Assembly: GCA_002104905.1 (NCBI GenBank)
Contig: MCFE01000049.1
Span: 62,001 to 126,000, forward strand
From: Basidiobolus meristosporus CBS 931.73
Lineage: Eukaryota; Fungi; Basidiobolomycota
Length of the DNA: 64,000 bases
Direction: 5' to 3'
Part shown: positions 24,801 through 35,436 of the stretch, in pieces
Numbering within the stretch: position 1 is the first letter of the stretch
How the letters are laid out: every line of letters begins with the position of its first letter
Notes under the pieces: generated by a model
The model's database searches: none
Told to the model about the DNA's origin: nothing
Seen by the model: only the letters and a program-made list of their open reading frames with translations
Translations under genes and position numbers: made by a program

Positions 24801-25755
24801 CTTTAGGCTCACCCCAGCCTTCTGAAAATGGCATGCAGAGTGCTAGCGCTGAAGAAGCAGGCTCACTGATGGCTTGCAAGCCTATCTCCCCTAACAACAA
24901 TCCCTATGAAAAATAATTTGGTCCCGCAGGTGGATCCAATCTGGATCAGCCATCAAGATCCTGTTTAGAGACCATCATAATAGCAGCAGCTTGGAATTAG
25001 TGACCTTCCTAACAATCTTATCACAAGATCATGATGATGTTTTGCTAATTTTACAGCCAAATAAAGGGATAAAACTTGACAATATTTTATTGGTGCTGTA
25101 ACAATATTTGCATGGTATAGTTGCGGTCTTTCAGCGCTCTATAACTATTTTAAGTAAATCCAGGTGGTGAGGACATCCAATTGCCTTATATGGCAAGAGA
25201 CTTGATGGTATTTTGACGGCCTCACAGCAAGACTCTGGTGGCATTACATTTGCAGTATGACAGCCTACCACTGGTTCTTTATAATGCTACCACACCAATT
25301 TACCAAATGGTATTTCCTTTTTCTACCTCCCCTTGTGCAATTCATATATTCCACTGTAGAATCACCTTTCTCTATTTGCTTACCCACTATTACCTTGGGT
25401 ATTCCACATATAGTTCAAATCAAAAAAAACTATGGCCTCCTGCTTACTAACCTCTAAAAACACACACACCTGCCGCAATTGACATACTTCTATCACCTCA
25501 ACTTTACAGCCTTTTAGTGTGATACTTGCAAAGTTACCATATACCATGTACTGCTGGTAACATATACATCTTGCAAACATATGCTTGGTTGCTGCCACTT
25601 CTGCCATGAATACCTCCTGAATATCCGCAAAGAACTTCTTGGTATTTAGCCAATATATTCCTTCTCCCTGCTGGATTCTAGTCCCCCTTTTAGGTGTGCT
25701 CTGGCTTTTGTTTGTGTGAATTCTGTATGGAATGGTGTAAAAGTTGACTGGTGGC
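21857..25755 (-). mobile_element. Degenerate repeated element X, copy A (probably CACTA-associated)
   Basis: Homologous to 33480-33914 + 39656-41225 + 46893-47660 and, inverted, to 54640-55290. Broken K/Q/S-rich ORFs with a repeated ~220-bp module (KQAKIDASEQHLSRRK...GSDK). Nearly CpG-free. Confidence 0.6.
23081..23565. mobile_element. Candidate solo LTR (TGTGGTAG...CCACCACA), 485 bp, inserted in element X
   Basis: Absent from X copy B at the equivalent position; short inverted termini; TATA-like run at ~23272. TSD not cleanly resolved. Confidence 0.45.
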
Positions 25756-28042
25756 TGTTGTAAAAATTTGTATTTCCACCTAAATATTCACCTAACTCAG
25801 TCACTTAGATCATCACCTTCAAATCCTAGAAAATACTGACCAAATTCCTTGTTGGGATTTACTTAGAATATTTTCACCAAAATACCAGGTACCCAGAACA
25901 TGAAAATTCTCAAAGTTGTCCAAACAGCCCCAAACTTTGCACACATGTTCTTGGGACCTTCCTTAACCTATTCTATGTGTTTGTAATGCCAAGACCAGGT
26001 AAAAGTATAAATACTACTTTTACATTCAATAAATCATTAAGTGAAAACCACATAATCTACTTGTTCTCCCAATCACTTCCAATATCTCCAAGACTCTTAC
26101 AACAGGTTATGAGCCCCAAGCAGTCACTCTCTGCAATGTCTACTACGGCTATTACTGGAATTTTTCCCTCTGCAGAAAAGTTGGATGGATCTAACTACCA
26201 AGTGTGGAAGGTGAAGATGAAGATGCTGCTACGAGAAAGAGGCCTTTGGGATATTGTCATGGGAGAAGAATGCCCTCCTAAAAACATGGGAGAGGAAGCC
26301 TTGAAGTACCAGAAGAAAGAACAAATTGCCTTTAACTGCATTTGCCTTAATGTCAAGGACAAATTGCTAATTCAATGCTCAAGAGCAAAAACGGCAAAGA
26401 ATGCCTGGAAGGCATTAGAAGACACCTACCAGTCATGTTCAGCTGCCAAGAAAATGTATCTGAGAAGAAAATTCTTTACTACAAAGATGCTGCCAGGAGA
26501 AGAAATGAAAAATCTAACAGCGCGCAACCCTAACCCTAATTCTGATCCCGCCCATCAAAAATCACCCAAAAATCTCAAAAATTGAAATTTGGAGCTGAAA
26601 CTCTGGATATGCCACCAAAACCTCAACAGGAGCCCACTACACCTGAAAGGAAGGTTCTTGATTGCTTTGACAAGTCTGTCAAGAAGATTTCTTGCCCCAA
26701 CTGTGGAAACAAAGGAACTATCAGAAGGAATGGAAGAGCTAGAGAAAAATCTAATCAACAGAATTACCCTGCTGGTAGATGAGATGGAATCGGTGGGCGT
26801 ACCAACTACTGATGAGGATGTGATAGTTACCATCCTGAATAGCCTGACAGATGAGTTTCAGGGCCTTGTATCAGCCCTAGAGTCCAGAACTGAAGATTTG
26901 ACCTTAAATTACGTATATGGAAGGCTCCTGGATGAAGAATTAAGAAAATCAAGTTCCAATTAAGAAGGTTTTCATGGGTGACAATAGAACACTTGATGCA
27001 GTGGGAGAAGGAACTATCCAAGTAAACCTTAGAAGCAGTGAAGGAAGCCATACACTGACCTTTAAAGAAGTACTCTATGTACCAGAAATAGCCAAGAACC
27101 TACTCTCTGTAAGCAAGGCCACAGCAGAAGGACTCAGTTTCAGTTTTGACAATTTTGGATGCAGGATCACCGATCAAAATGGTGCTCATATTGCTTTGGG
27201 CATCAGAGATCAGAATCTATACAAGTTGACTTATATTCCATCATATCTAGAAGCCAATATAAGTAACTTAAATGAAGAAACACCAATGCTTTGGCACAGG
27301 AGATTTGGACACATCAATTTTGATTATTTGCGTAAAATGATCAAAGATCAGCTAATTTCTGGAGTGAAAATTGATCCCCCAGCTATTTTGGAGCACTGTG
27401 AAGCCTGCATATATGGGAAACAAGCCAGACAACCGTTCAAGAGCTCTGGGTTAATCAAAAATAAGAAAAAATTAGATCTAATTCACTCAGATCTGTGTGG
27501 AACTATGCAAAAATTATCCTTAGGCGGGATGAAGTATTTAATCACTTTTATTGATGATTATACAAGATACACATGGGTCTACTTCATGGAGAGAAAGGAA
27601 GAAGCTCTGTCTAAGTTCAGGGAGTTTAAAGCCATGGTGGAGAGAGAAACTGGTGAAAAAATCAAGAAAATACGCTCTGACAATGGTGGAGAATATACCT
27701 CCAAACTCTTCATCCACTTCTGCAAAATTCATGGGATAAAGCAAGAGACTACTGAACCATACTCCCCACAACAAAATGGAGTAGCAGAATCAGCTAACAG
27801 ATCAATAATTGATATGGCAAGATCTATGATCCATGATCAAAAATTATCCTATGATTTTTGGGCGGAATCAGTTGCCACTGCTGTATATCTTAAAATAGGA
27901 GTTATAACAGAATACTTTGTGATTCTACTCCATTTGAAGCATGGTATGGATACAGACCAAGTGCAGAACATCTAAGAATATTTGGGTGTACAGCATATGC
28001 CAAAAAACTGGCCGGAAATCAGTCAAAATTTGAGCCAAAAAA
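25756..28042 (+). mobile_element. Ty1/Copia family A, 5' part (LTR 25756-26104, PBS, gag, partial pol); defective
   Basis: PBS GGTTATGAGCCC at 26105. gag EKLDGSNYQVWKVKMKMLL; integrase LWHRRFGH, CEACIYGKQ, IHSDLCG, IRSDNGGEY, QQNGVAE. Zinc knuckle and protease DSG motif are deleted between ELRKSSSN and KKVFMGDN; RT, RH and 3' LTR are absent. Confidence 0.9.
26518..26743 (+). other. 226-bp foreign insertion in Copia gag between 11-bp direct repeats
   Basis: GAAAAATCTAA at 26507-26517 and 26744-26754; removing the insert restores gag (GEEMKNLINRITLLVDEME). The insert has AACCCTAACCCTAA and the ORF MPPKPQQ...SCPNCGNKGTIRRNG. Confidence 0.85.
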
Positions 28043-28224
28043 GACTTGTTCCGTGGGATAGTGCGACATAGTGCCAGCCGGTTTATAGTGCTGGATCAAT
28101 CTGGCACTCTACGGCACTATCTGGCACTATAATTTCTACCATGATGCCAGTGGTATGATACAGTTACTGGTAATTTTACTCAATCTTACTTATGTTGCTC
28201 AGAATAGTGCTTTCCTTGCTTTAT

Positions 28225-29109
28225 TTACTCTTCATAATGCTCCAGACACATTTCTCTCAGTGGATGTCTTCTTGTATGAACATACTGTGCATTGATAAGT
28301 ATCTTAACTATTTTACCTATTCTGCTGTTTTCTCCTATATATGACTTTCCTCTGTATTTACCTGCCAATATGCTGAATCTCTTCAGATATCCAAATGTGT
28401 GCTCTACCCTTACTCTGAAATGATTAAATATCTCATTGTAGAGCTTCTGCTTCCTGCTAAGCACACCATTCCTTGGCTTCCTATAAGCTGTAATACATCC
28501 TAATCTCTGACAATCCTCTCCTATATAGGCCAAGTCTGCCATACATTTCTCCCCTCTACTGAATTCAGGATGATTCTCTACCCAGAGTGCTTTGTCATGC
28601 CTACTTCCAGCAAATGGCCCACTAAACCAGATGATGTTACCCTCAATGTCAGACAGTGCTTGAAACTTCACACAGTGTGCCTTGTACTTGCCAGAATAAA
28701 AGTGCCTCTGCCCTCTAGAAGGTCTGTTAATCCTCACTGGGAAGGTATCCAAAATACTCCTGATATGGAACCTGTTGCTGAACACTCTGGGATATGGAAG
28801 TCTATTGGAGCTTCTGAACCTAGTATTCCAAGCTTGCTCTAAGTCATTCATACCCTCTGCAAGGTGGTTCTCCATTGCTGTCAGCTGGGAATGAAAGCTT
28901 CTAGGACTTTTGTTGCTATGGATGGTGGGATGAAACCTTGTAGGGCAATAGTTCTTGTAATAGCAGTGAAGCTTAACAAGGGATCTCCTTGAGTAGATTG
29001 GGGTTGATGGTCCACAGTACTTGGAATAGATCTCCTCCAGTGTGTCAAAAGGAAATCCAGTGGTAGTGATGGGATTGATGAGAAAAGACCATTCAGATGA
29101 GTAAGTCAT
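28225..29109 (-). CDS. DDE_Tnp_4-type transposase, copy 2
   Basis: 294 aa, nearly identical to 18595-19479. Confidence 0.9.
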   Translation of the reverse strand: MTYSSEWSFLINPITTTGFPFDTLEEIYSKYCGPSTPIYSRRSLVKLHCYYKNYCPTRFHPTIHSNKSPRSFHSQLTAMENHLAEGMNDLEQAWNTRFRSSNRLPYPRVFSNRFHIRSILDTFPVRINRPSRGQRHFYSGKYKAHCVKFQALSDIEGNIIWFSGPFAGSRHDKALWVENHPEFSRGEKCMADLAYIGEDCQRLGCITAYRKPRNGVLSRKQKLYNEIFNHFRVRVEHTFGYLKRFSILAGKYRGKSYIGENSRIGKIVKILINAQYVHTRRHPLREMCLEHYEE

Positions 29110-29467
29110 ATTAAAATTGATGGATGATTGTATGGAGGCGGTTTGAATTGATTCGGCGCGATCTGCGTTATTTATCTGATTTTTAACACATTATGGTTAA
29201 ATCTCCATCAATTGCCATGTATCCCATCATTATGTTGCAAAAATCATTCGCAAACAATGCCTTGGTACTTTTATTGATGCCTTAATCATAGGTCTATAAT
29301 CAAATAGGAAATCTGCAATTGATGTGATCTGATCCGTGTCAACGCAATCCAAGATGCATCATGCATAATATATGGAAATTCAACAATCACTTTAGTTTTC
29401 ATATATATTTCATATAAGACCAGGTTGATGCCAATATACTGCTGTATAAGTATCCAAATCCGTTGCT

Positions 29468-30700
29468 ATGGTCCCCATACCAAGCCTCAACTCATCTTTA
29501 GTACAACCCAGACAAAACCCATCCCCCAGCTCACAAGCGTGGTCCAGACCGGAAAAGTTGATGTCAGATCCGTTTGAGTTCTCGCCAAATGATTTTAGTA
29601 TGGCCCAAGTGTCTATGATGAGCCTTCATACAGATATTTGGGCACTACTAATTAATCTAGCAGAACTAGATACCTCAGAGAGTCAACAAAGATGGAAGAA
29701 TTTGAGTAGAAAGCTGTGGCATGAGTTCTACATCAAGATGCCAGCCAATGTATGTAAAAAGATATATAACAAGACAAGTATTGAAATCAAGAATGAGCTG
29801 AGAGTGAGGGGATTTGACGAGGAAGCTGCACGGGAACGATTTCGCGTGCAATTTGCACAGTTCAGGCCGGACGCGTCCGTTCGTGCCTCAACTTTGGGAA
29901 CCAAAGAGATTTTGAATGAGTTTTTGCCTCAAATGACTAATGTACTACGTGATATATTAGTAGAGCTAAGTGGCTTCCGAGAGCAATATACACAGGACTC
30001 ATCCAGGCAACAGCTCCAAAGTATCAGACAGAGGGTAAGTGAATACCTTGAGGAATCAGATGGTGAGCTTCAGGAGGAAGAATACAGACCGCAAACAACA
30101 TTGTCCAGATTGCGCCAGCATGCCTTGCTGGATTCCCTACCATCTCTTGCAACCACAGCGCGCCGGTGCACGTCAGTCCAGACCACGCCAAGCACCCTTT
30201 ACCAGAACGCCCCGCGTCGAGTCAACGCGTGCGCTTCAGAGCAAAACTACCAGAACTTGCCAAACTGCTCATTTAGACACAAGTCCATTGGAGCGGACGA
30301 GTTGCGTCAACATGCGGCATCACATCAAACTCAGCCAAGGGCCATCTCAACGCGTCAAGGCGCGCCTGCGCGTGCCGTTTTGGCTGACCATCAGCAAGTT
30401 ACTTCTGGTGAACTGACTGATGATGACCAACATGAAGTGCCTCAACCACCGGAGCCCTTGGCAAGTAAAAGAACGCGTCAGCGCGTGGCGCTACAGGCCG
30501 GTTCAGTTGGTTCAGTTGGAGCAATTCAGCGCGGCCAAGCTGCAGCATCACACTCATCAACTAGGAGGCAAAATACTGACTACAAATACACAAGTAGCCA
30601 AGATGATAGTCAGCCAGGAAGTAGTATAGGTGTGCAAAGTGAGTCACTACCAAATGCTTCAGTAGTAATCCCTGTGAGAAAAAAACCCAGGAGAAGATGA
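29468..30700 (+). CDS. Transposon ORF2, copy 2 (410 aa, internal compensating frameshifts)
   Basis: Near-identical to 19839-21110 apart from a frame-shifted middle segment and repeat-unit losses. Confidence 0.7.
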   Translation: MVPIPSLNSSLVQPRQNPSPSSQAWSRPEKLMSDPFEFSPNDFSMAQVSMMSLHTDIWALLINLAELDTSESQQRWKNLSRKLWHEFYIKMPANVCKKIYNKTSIEIKNELRVRGFDEEAARERFRVQFAQFRPDASVRASTLGTKEILNEFLPQMTNVLRDILVELSGFREQYTQDSSRQQLQSIRQRVSEYLEESDGELQEEEYRPQTTLSRLRQHALLDSLPSLATTARRCTSVQTTPSTLYQNAPRRVNACASEQNYQNLPNCSFRHKSIGADELRQHAASHQTQPRAISTRQGAPARAVLADHQQVTSGELTDDDQHEVPQPPEPLASKRTRQRVALQAGSVGSVGAIQRGQAAASHSSTRRQNTDYKYTSSQDDSQPGSSIGVQSESLPNASVVIPVRKKPRRR

Positions 30701-31443
30701 TGCAATTGCTTTGAATTGCTCACATTTGTAATGATCCCGACAACCCTTTTTTTTTGCGATCCAAATCAAGCCATCGCAAATCAGTGATCATCAAATTTTT
30801 GATATAAGTAATATCAAGGTTGTCTCACATTTGAGACAGAACCCCTATAAATAAACACCCTGCATATATATACGTCATCTGTAATACCAGTGCAGCTATT
30901 GGATCTGTTTTGCACCTACACAATTGCTTGCGTACTAGCTATGACACCTTGTCTAATCACTAGGATCAGGGATTTACTTGCTCAATGGGCAAAATGGGAT
31001 ATTTGATGGCAAATCAGGTAGCTTTTTCAGTAGTCTATGAGCCAATTGGGGGCTGCCAGCTTCAGGATACTTTTGGACCAATTAACCACTGAGATACCGT
31101 CTAATTGGAGTGAGGGTAACCAAAATGGTAAGTATCAGTGTAGTTTATAGTCTGATACACATTTATTTCCATTTACATTAAAGAAACATATCCAAATACC
31201 AGATTTTACCTGCCATTATAGCGGTATCCGATTGCGCACGTGATGCAAACATTACAAGTTGGCGCAATCATCCGTGCCAACCTCATTGTGTCAGATTGTG
31301 CTATAGTGTGCAAGATTGTCCCGCATAGTGTGAAATTGTCCAAGAACAATCCTGCCTTCTGGTAGCTAGGATATCGCGCCCAATTGCTCTTTACAACCGC
31401 AGATCACGCCGCGCGCCCTGGCACAGTACGATGGAACAAGTCT

Positions 31444-31677
31444 ATTATCATACAGAAATAGATATATCAAATAGGTTCTAATTGGGTGATGATGATGCAA
31501 ACAAATGAGTCATCAGCCACAACCTACATTAGAAAATACAATTAGTCAGCAATTGATCTGGCAAAATATATATAAGGAGCTGCTGGAACCTAGATAAAGA
31601 TCAGTACAATCTTTAGTGAATACAATTCTAGCTTAACTCCCTATTCTTTTACAACTCTTAAATTAAGACCTGAAACA
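31444..31677 (+). mobile_element. 3' half of a diverged Gypsy (family C) LTR
   Basis: Matches the second half of the LTR at 58574-58941 (…CAGAAATAGATATAT…GAGCTGCTGGAACC…). Confidence 0.8.
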
Positions 31678-31985
31678 GTACTACCTGATATATCAGTAGA
31701 GTTAAGTGGCTTCCAAGAACAATCTATACCGGAATCATCAAAGCAAAAGTCCCAAAGTGTCACACAGGGCAAGTGAATACCTTGAGGAATCAGAAGGCAT
31801 CTAGATTGTGCCAGCATGCCTTGCTGGACTCTTTGCCATCACTTACAGCTCCAGCATGCTGGAGCATGTCAGTCCAGTCCATGCCAACACCCTTCACAAA
31901 AGTAACACACACCAGGTTGACACACATCAGGTGTGTGTGTGCAGCCTAGAGCAAAACTACCAGAACTTGCCAAACTGCTCAATTA
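31678..31985 (+). pseudogene. Old relic of PHIS ORF2 (third copy)
   Basis: Aligns to ~20315-20670 (GTACTAC.TGATAT…GAATACCTTGAGGAATCAGA…AGAGCAAAACTACCAGAACT); CpG runs are converted to TG/CA runs. Confidence 0.8.
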
Positions 31986-31989
31986 AGTA

Positions 31990-33020
31990 CCTATCAAGTC
32001 AACTCAAGCTTCAACAGCTGATGGGTACTCTCACTTAATCAGCTATATTTTTCAGCCAGTAAGTATCATGATCAATGACTATGAAGAAGACCTTCAGGCC
32101 TGCACATATAGAAACTTCAAGTTTGACCTTGTACTTGAAAAAAGCCAGGCTAAATTTCTGTGATATATCAATCAACTAGAGAAACCATGCAATTGAGATC
32201 CAAAAGGACAACAAGACTTAAAAGCTACTGCCTACCAGATGGGATTTCAACTGGGACAATTACAGTGTGTTTAACATAAGTAGGCTTAGCAAAACACAGT
32301 TCTGTAGTGTGCCTAGGAAATAACACCAGAGGCCTCTTATGATGGTTTTACAGAGTGATTCATCTACTTCAGCTCCCCAAAAACTCTAGACTCTTGTGAA
32401 GGAGTATTTAGAAGGATCTCCAGATGAGCTTGTAATCCTGCCAATAGTCAGAGAGGCAGATCATATAATCAGCACAGGTGATAGCCCTCTAGGATGCAGG
32501 ACACTTTACAAGGTGTGTTCATAAGAATTGAAGAAATGAAGATGCAAGTTGATCAATTGTTGGAGCAAGACTACATCAGGCCCAGCAAGTCACCTTAGGA
32601 ATGTTGTAAAAATTTGTATTTCCACCTAAATATTCACCTAACTTAGTCACTTAGATCATCACCTTCAAATCCTAGAGAATACTGACCAAATTCCTTGTTG
32701 GGATTTACTTTGAATATTTTCACCAAAATACCAGGTACCCAGAGCATGAAAATTCTCAAAGTTGTCCAAACAGCCCCAAACTTTGCACACATGTTCTTGG
32801 GACCTTGCTTAACCTTTTCTATGTGTTTGTAATGCCAAGACTAGGTAAAAGTATAAATACTACTTTTACATTCAATAAATCATTAAGTGAAAACCACATA
32901 ATCTACTTGTCCTCCCAATCACTTCCAATATCTCCAAGACTCTTACAACAAGGAGTAACAGTAACTTTTGTGAAGAAGTATGATGGGGCACTGATAATGT
33001 GTGTTGATAACACCCTATAA
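31990..33020 (+). pseudogene. Degenerate Gypsy C protease/RT fragment
   Basis: Homologous to ~60090-60760 (GATCAATGACTATGAAGAAGACC, CAGGCCCAGCAAGTCACC); multiple stops; interrupted by LTR-A. Confidence 0.8.
32602..32950 (+). mobile_element. Solo LTR of Copia family A
   Basis: Near-identical to 25756-26104; TSD AGGAA/AGGAG (one mismatch). Confidence 0.88.
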
Positions 33021-33028
33021 AAAATAAC

Positions 33029-33444
33029 TGTTATGATCCTGTCAAATGGTTATCATCGAATTAGAATCCTGTGACTAAGTGATATTAATCTTGTTAAAAC
33101 ACTGTTCAAAAACCATTGAAAAATAATTGTACCATAGATTTCACAAAAAACTTGGTCAAAAATGTTCATCACTACAGTGAATGAGTGGCTTTTGATTAGT
33201 CCTCTGCTAATTTGTTTACTTTCTGATTCTTGACACTCAACCACCACCAACATGTGTTTATATTTGTTGGCTACTGACTCTTTTGCAAATTCTTTATTTC
33301 CTAACTCAACCAATTCTCTTACTTATCCTGCCCACAAACTTATTTAACTCTATTGAACTTTGGTTGTATCTTAATTACAAGTTATATTAACCTATATTAA
33401 TCCCTATACCCAACATTAACATTAGCCCCAACTCCCACTCAACA
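33029..33444 (+). mobile_element. Solo LTR, family B
   Basis: TGTTATGATCCTGTCAAA...CTCAACA, homologous to 17576-18412. Confidence 0.65.
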
Positions 33445-35075
33445 AAGAACCCTATTAAAATAACCTCTCAATATGTATTTCTGCTGTAACACCCTTTTTC
33501 CATGAATTTGGGAGGAACTCTGAGGATTTGTGCCACTGTTCATTCACTGGTTCCCATATGTCCTGTTCTTCAGCTGGCACTGCAAAGGCTGGTATCTCAT
33601 CTGTCAGTCTTTGCAATTGACTATTATAAGGTCTAGCACCTCATCTGCCAGTCTTTGATATAGGTGCTTGCAATATTTAAGTGTGTTTTCTTGGGCACTG
33701 CTCTTGAAGAAGTGCTGCAACCTCTTGGTATGCCTATTGCATTCCAAAACTCCACTGTAGGCATTATTATAGCCCTTGAGCTCTTGATGTTGTTGCTTGT
33801 CTAACAATGGGATCTTCATTCTGACCATAATGGAGGATATGGAGGCAGTAGTGGACAAATTGCTTTTCTCTGCAAACTCATCTACCTCACTGGAGTGTTG
33901 CTCAACTGGCTGCATGTTACAAGTCTCAATACAAGAGTTGTAGGGAAATAGGAAGTTTAGCTAGTATTGAACTCACTAAAGCTTGAACTGATCTTTATTG
34001 ATGTTCCAGCAGCTCCGTATATATATATTGCCAGATTAATTGCTGACTAATTGTATCTTCTAATGTAGGTTGCGGCAGAAGACTCATTTATTTGAATCAT
34101 CATCACCCAATTAGATCCTACTAAAAATATGTAGTTCTGTCTGATAAAGATCTGCTGATTCATCTGCTGACTAATGCTACTGATGCAATAAAACAACTGA
34201 TCAAATTACTGGCTAAACATAAAGCTAATTGACATGTCTAAAAACTCATCTAACTTAAATATTCCAGCATTGGACTATGACATTCTCCCCTACTACAGCT
34301 GAGAAAGTTCTCCTGAATCTCCTTTCTTGTGATACCAATATCTGGCTGGCTCAGTACTGTCAGCAAGTCTTGCAAGTTTGAGTCTGTCTCTATGAACTAA
34401 ATCCTTGTGGATATTCCCTTGCTTGTCCACTAGTTGGCAAGTTGCAAATGGACATTCTCTGGTGATCTTGAATGGCCGTGTTCATAGTGGCTCAAACTTC
34501 TTCAAAGTGTACTTTTTCAGCAATATAAAGTTCCCAATGCTCAATACTTCTGGTGATATAGTCTTATCAATTCTCTGCTTCATCTTTTCTACACTTTAAG
34601 ATACTTTGGCCTGTGCATCTTGTCATCTTTGTTCCAGTTGTAGGTGTCTACTTGGCTGACTGAGCTTATCTTCCAAGGTTTGTGTAAGCTTTAGTGGTGT
34701 GAGATCTCCTGCAGTCCTTGGTTCCCATCCAAATACTAAGTAAAGTGGCAATTTTTGGGCTGTGTTGAGCACTCCAACTTTCTAGGAAAATAGTGCTTGG
34801 TCTATATACTCATCCCATCTACTGACAGCTTTATTTGCATTTTTGGTCAGCATTTCTCCAACTAATCCATTAAGCTGCTCAGTGACTCCATTAGTTATAG
34901 GGTGATATGTTTAGGTTTGGAAGTGTTTGATCTGCTATGTTAGAGGTAAGCTTCTAATGTTATTGCTATAGAGGTAACTACTCTATCAGATAAACTCTCC
35001 ACAAGGCATCCAAATGTCATCAGGGTCTGATGGTAGATGGAACATGCAGCTTCTTGGTCACTAGGTATAGGTATT

Positions 35076-35436
35076 GGGACTAATATTTAAATATAGTGCC
35101 AGAGAGTGCCAGTGGACCAAGAAAGTACCATGCATTTCATGATATATTACAATCCACAGGAGCTAGATTTATAGTGCCATGGGTATTGAGTACCAGATAG
35201 ATATCCTCAGCTCTTTGGTGCTCTTACACATCCAGCACAACATTGATCCACAAAAAAAATCAAAAAATGAGTTTTCTACATCACAATATGTGAAACAAAG
35301 GGGCTGCTTTGCATGAGCATGCAGAGCAATGTTTCACACTCTGTGGCCGGGTATAGGCTCACTCTACATCCCTAGTACACTATGGCATCATTTGGCACTC
35401 ATGACTCAATGTGGCACCATCCTACCAGACATGTCT
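35076..35436. mobile_element. Half copy (one arm plus part of spacer) of the fold-back MITE
   Basis: Matches the right arm of 43652-44385 with a degenerate TIR end (…CAGACATGTCT). Confidence 0.75.

Larger units (their letters stand above)
28043..31443. mobile_element. PHIS DNA transposon, copy 2 (more CpG-decayed; non-matching flanks)
   Basis: Same TIRs and organisation as copy 1; left flank AAA (Copia pol), right flank ATT (Gypsy LTR). Confidence 0.9.

Noticed and set aside
26526-26540. Telomere or healed chromosome end
   Set aside because: Only about two CCCTAA units, and they lie inside a small insertion with gag continuing on both sides.
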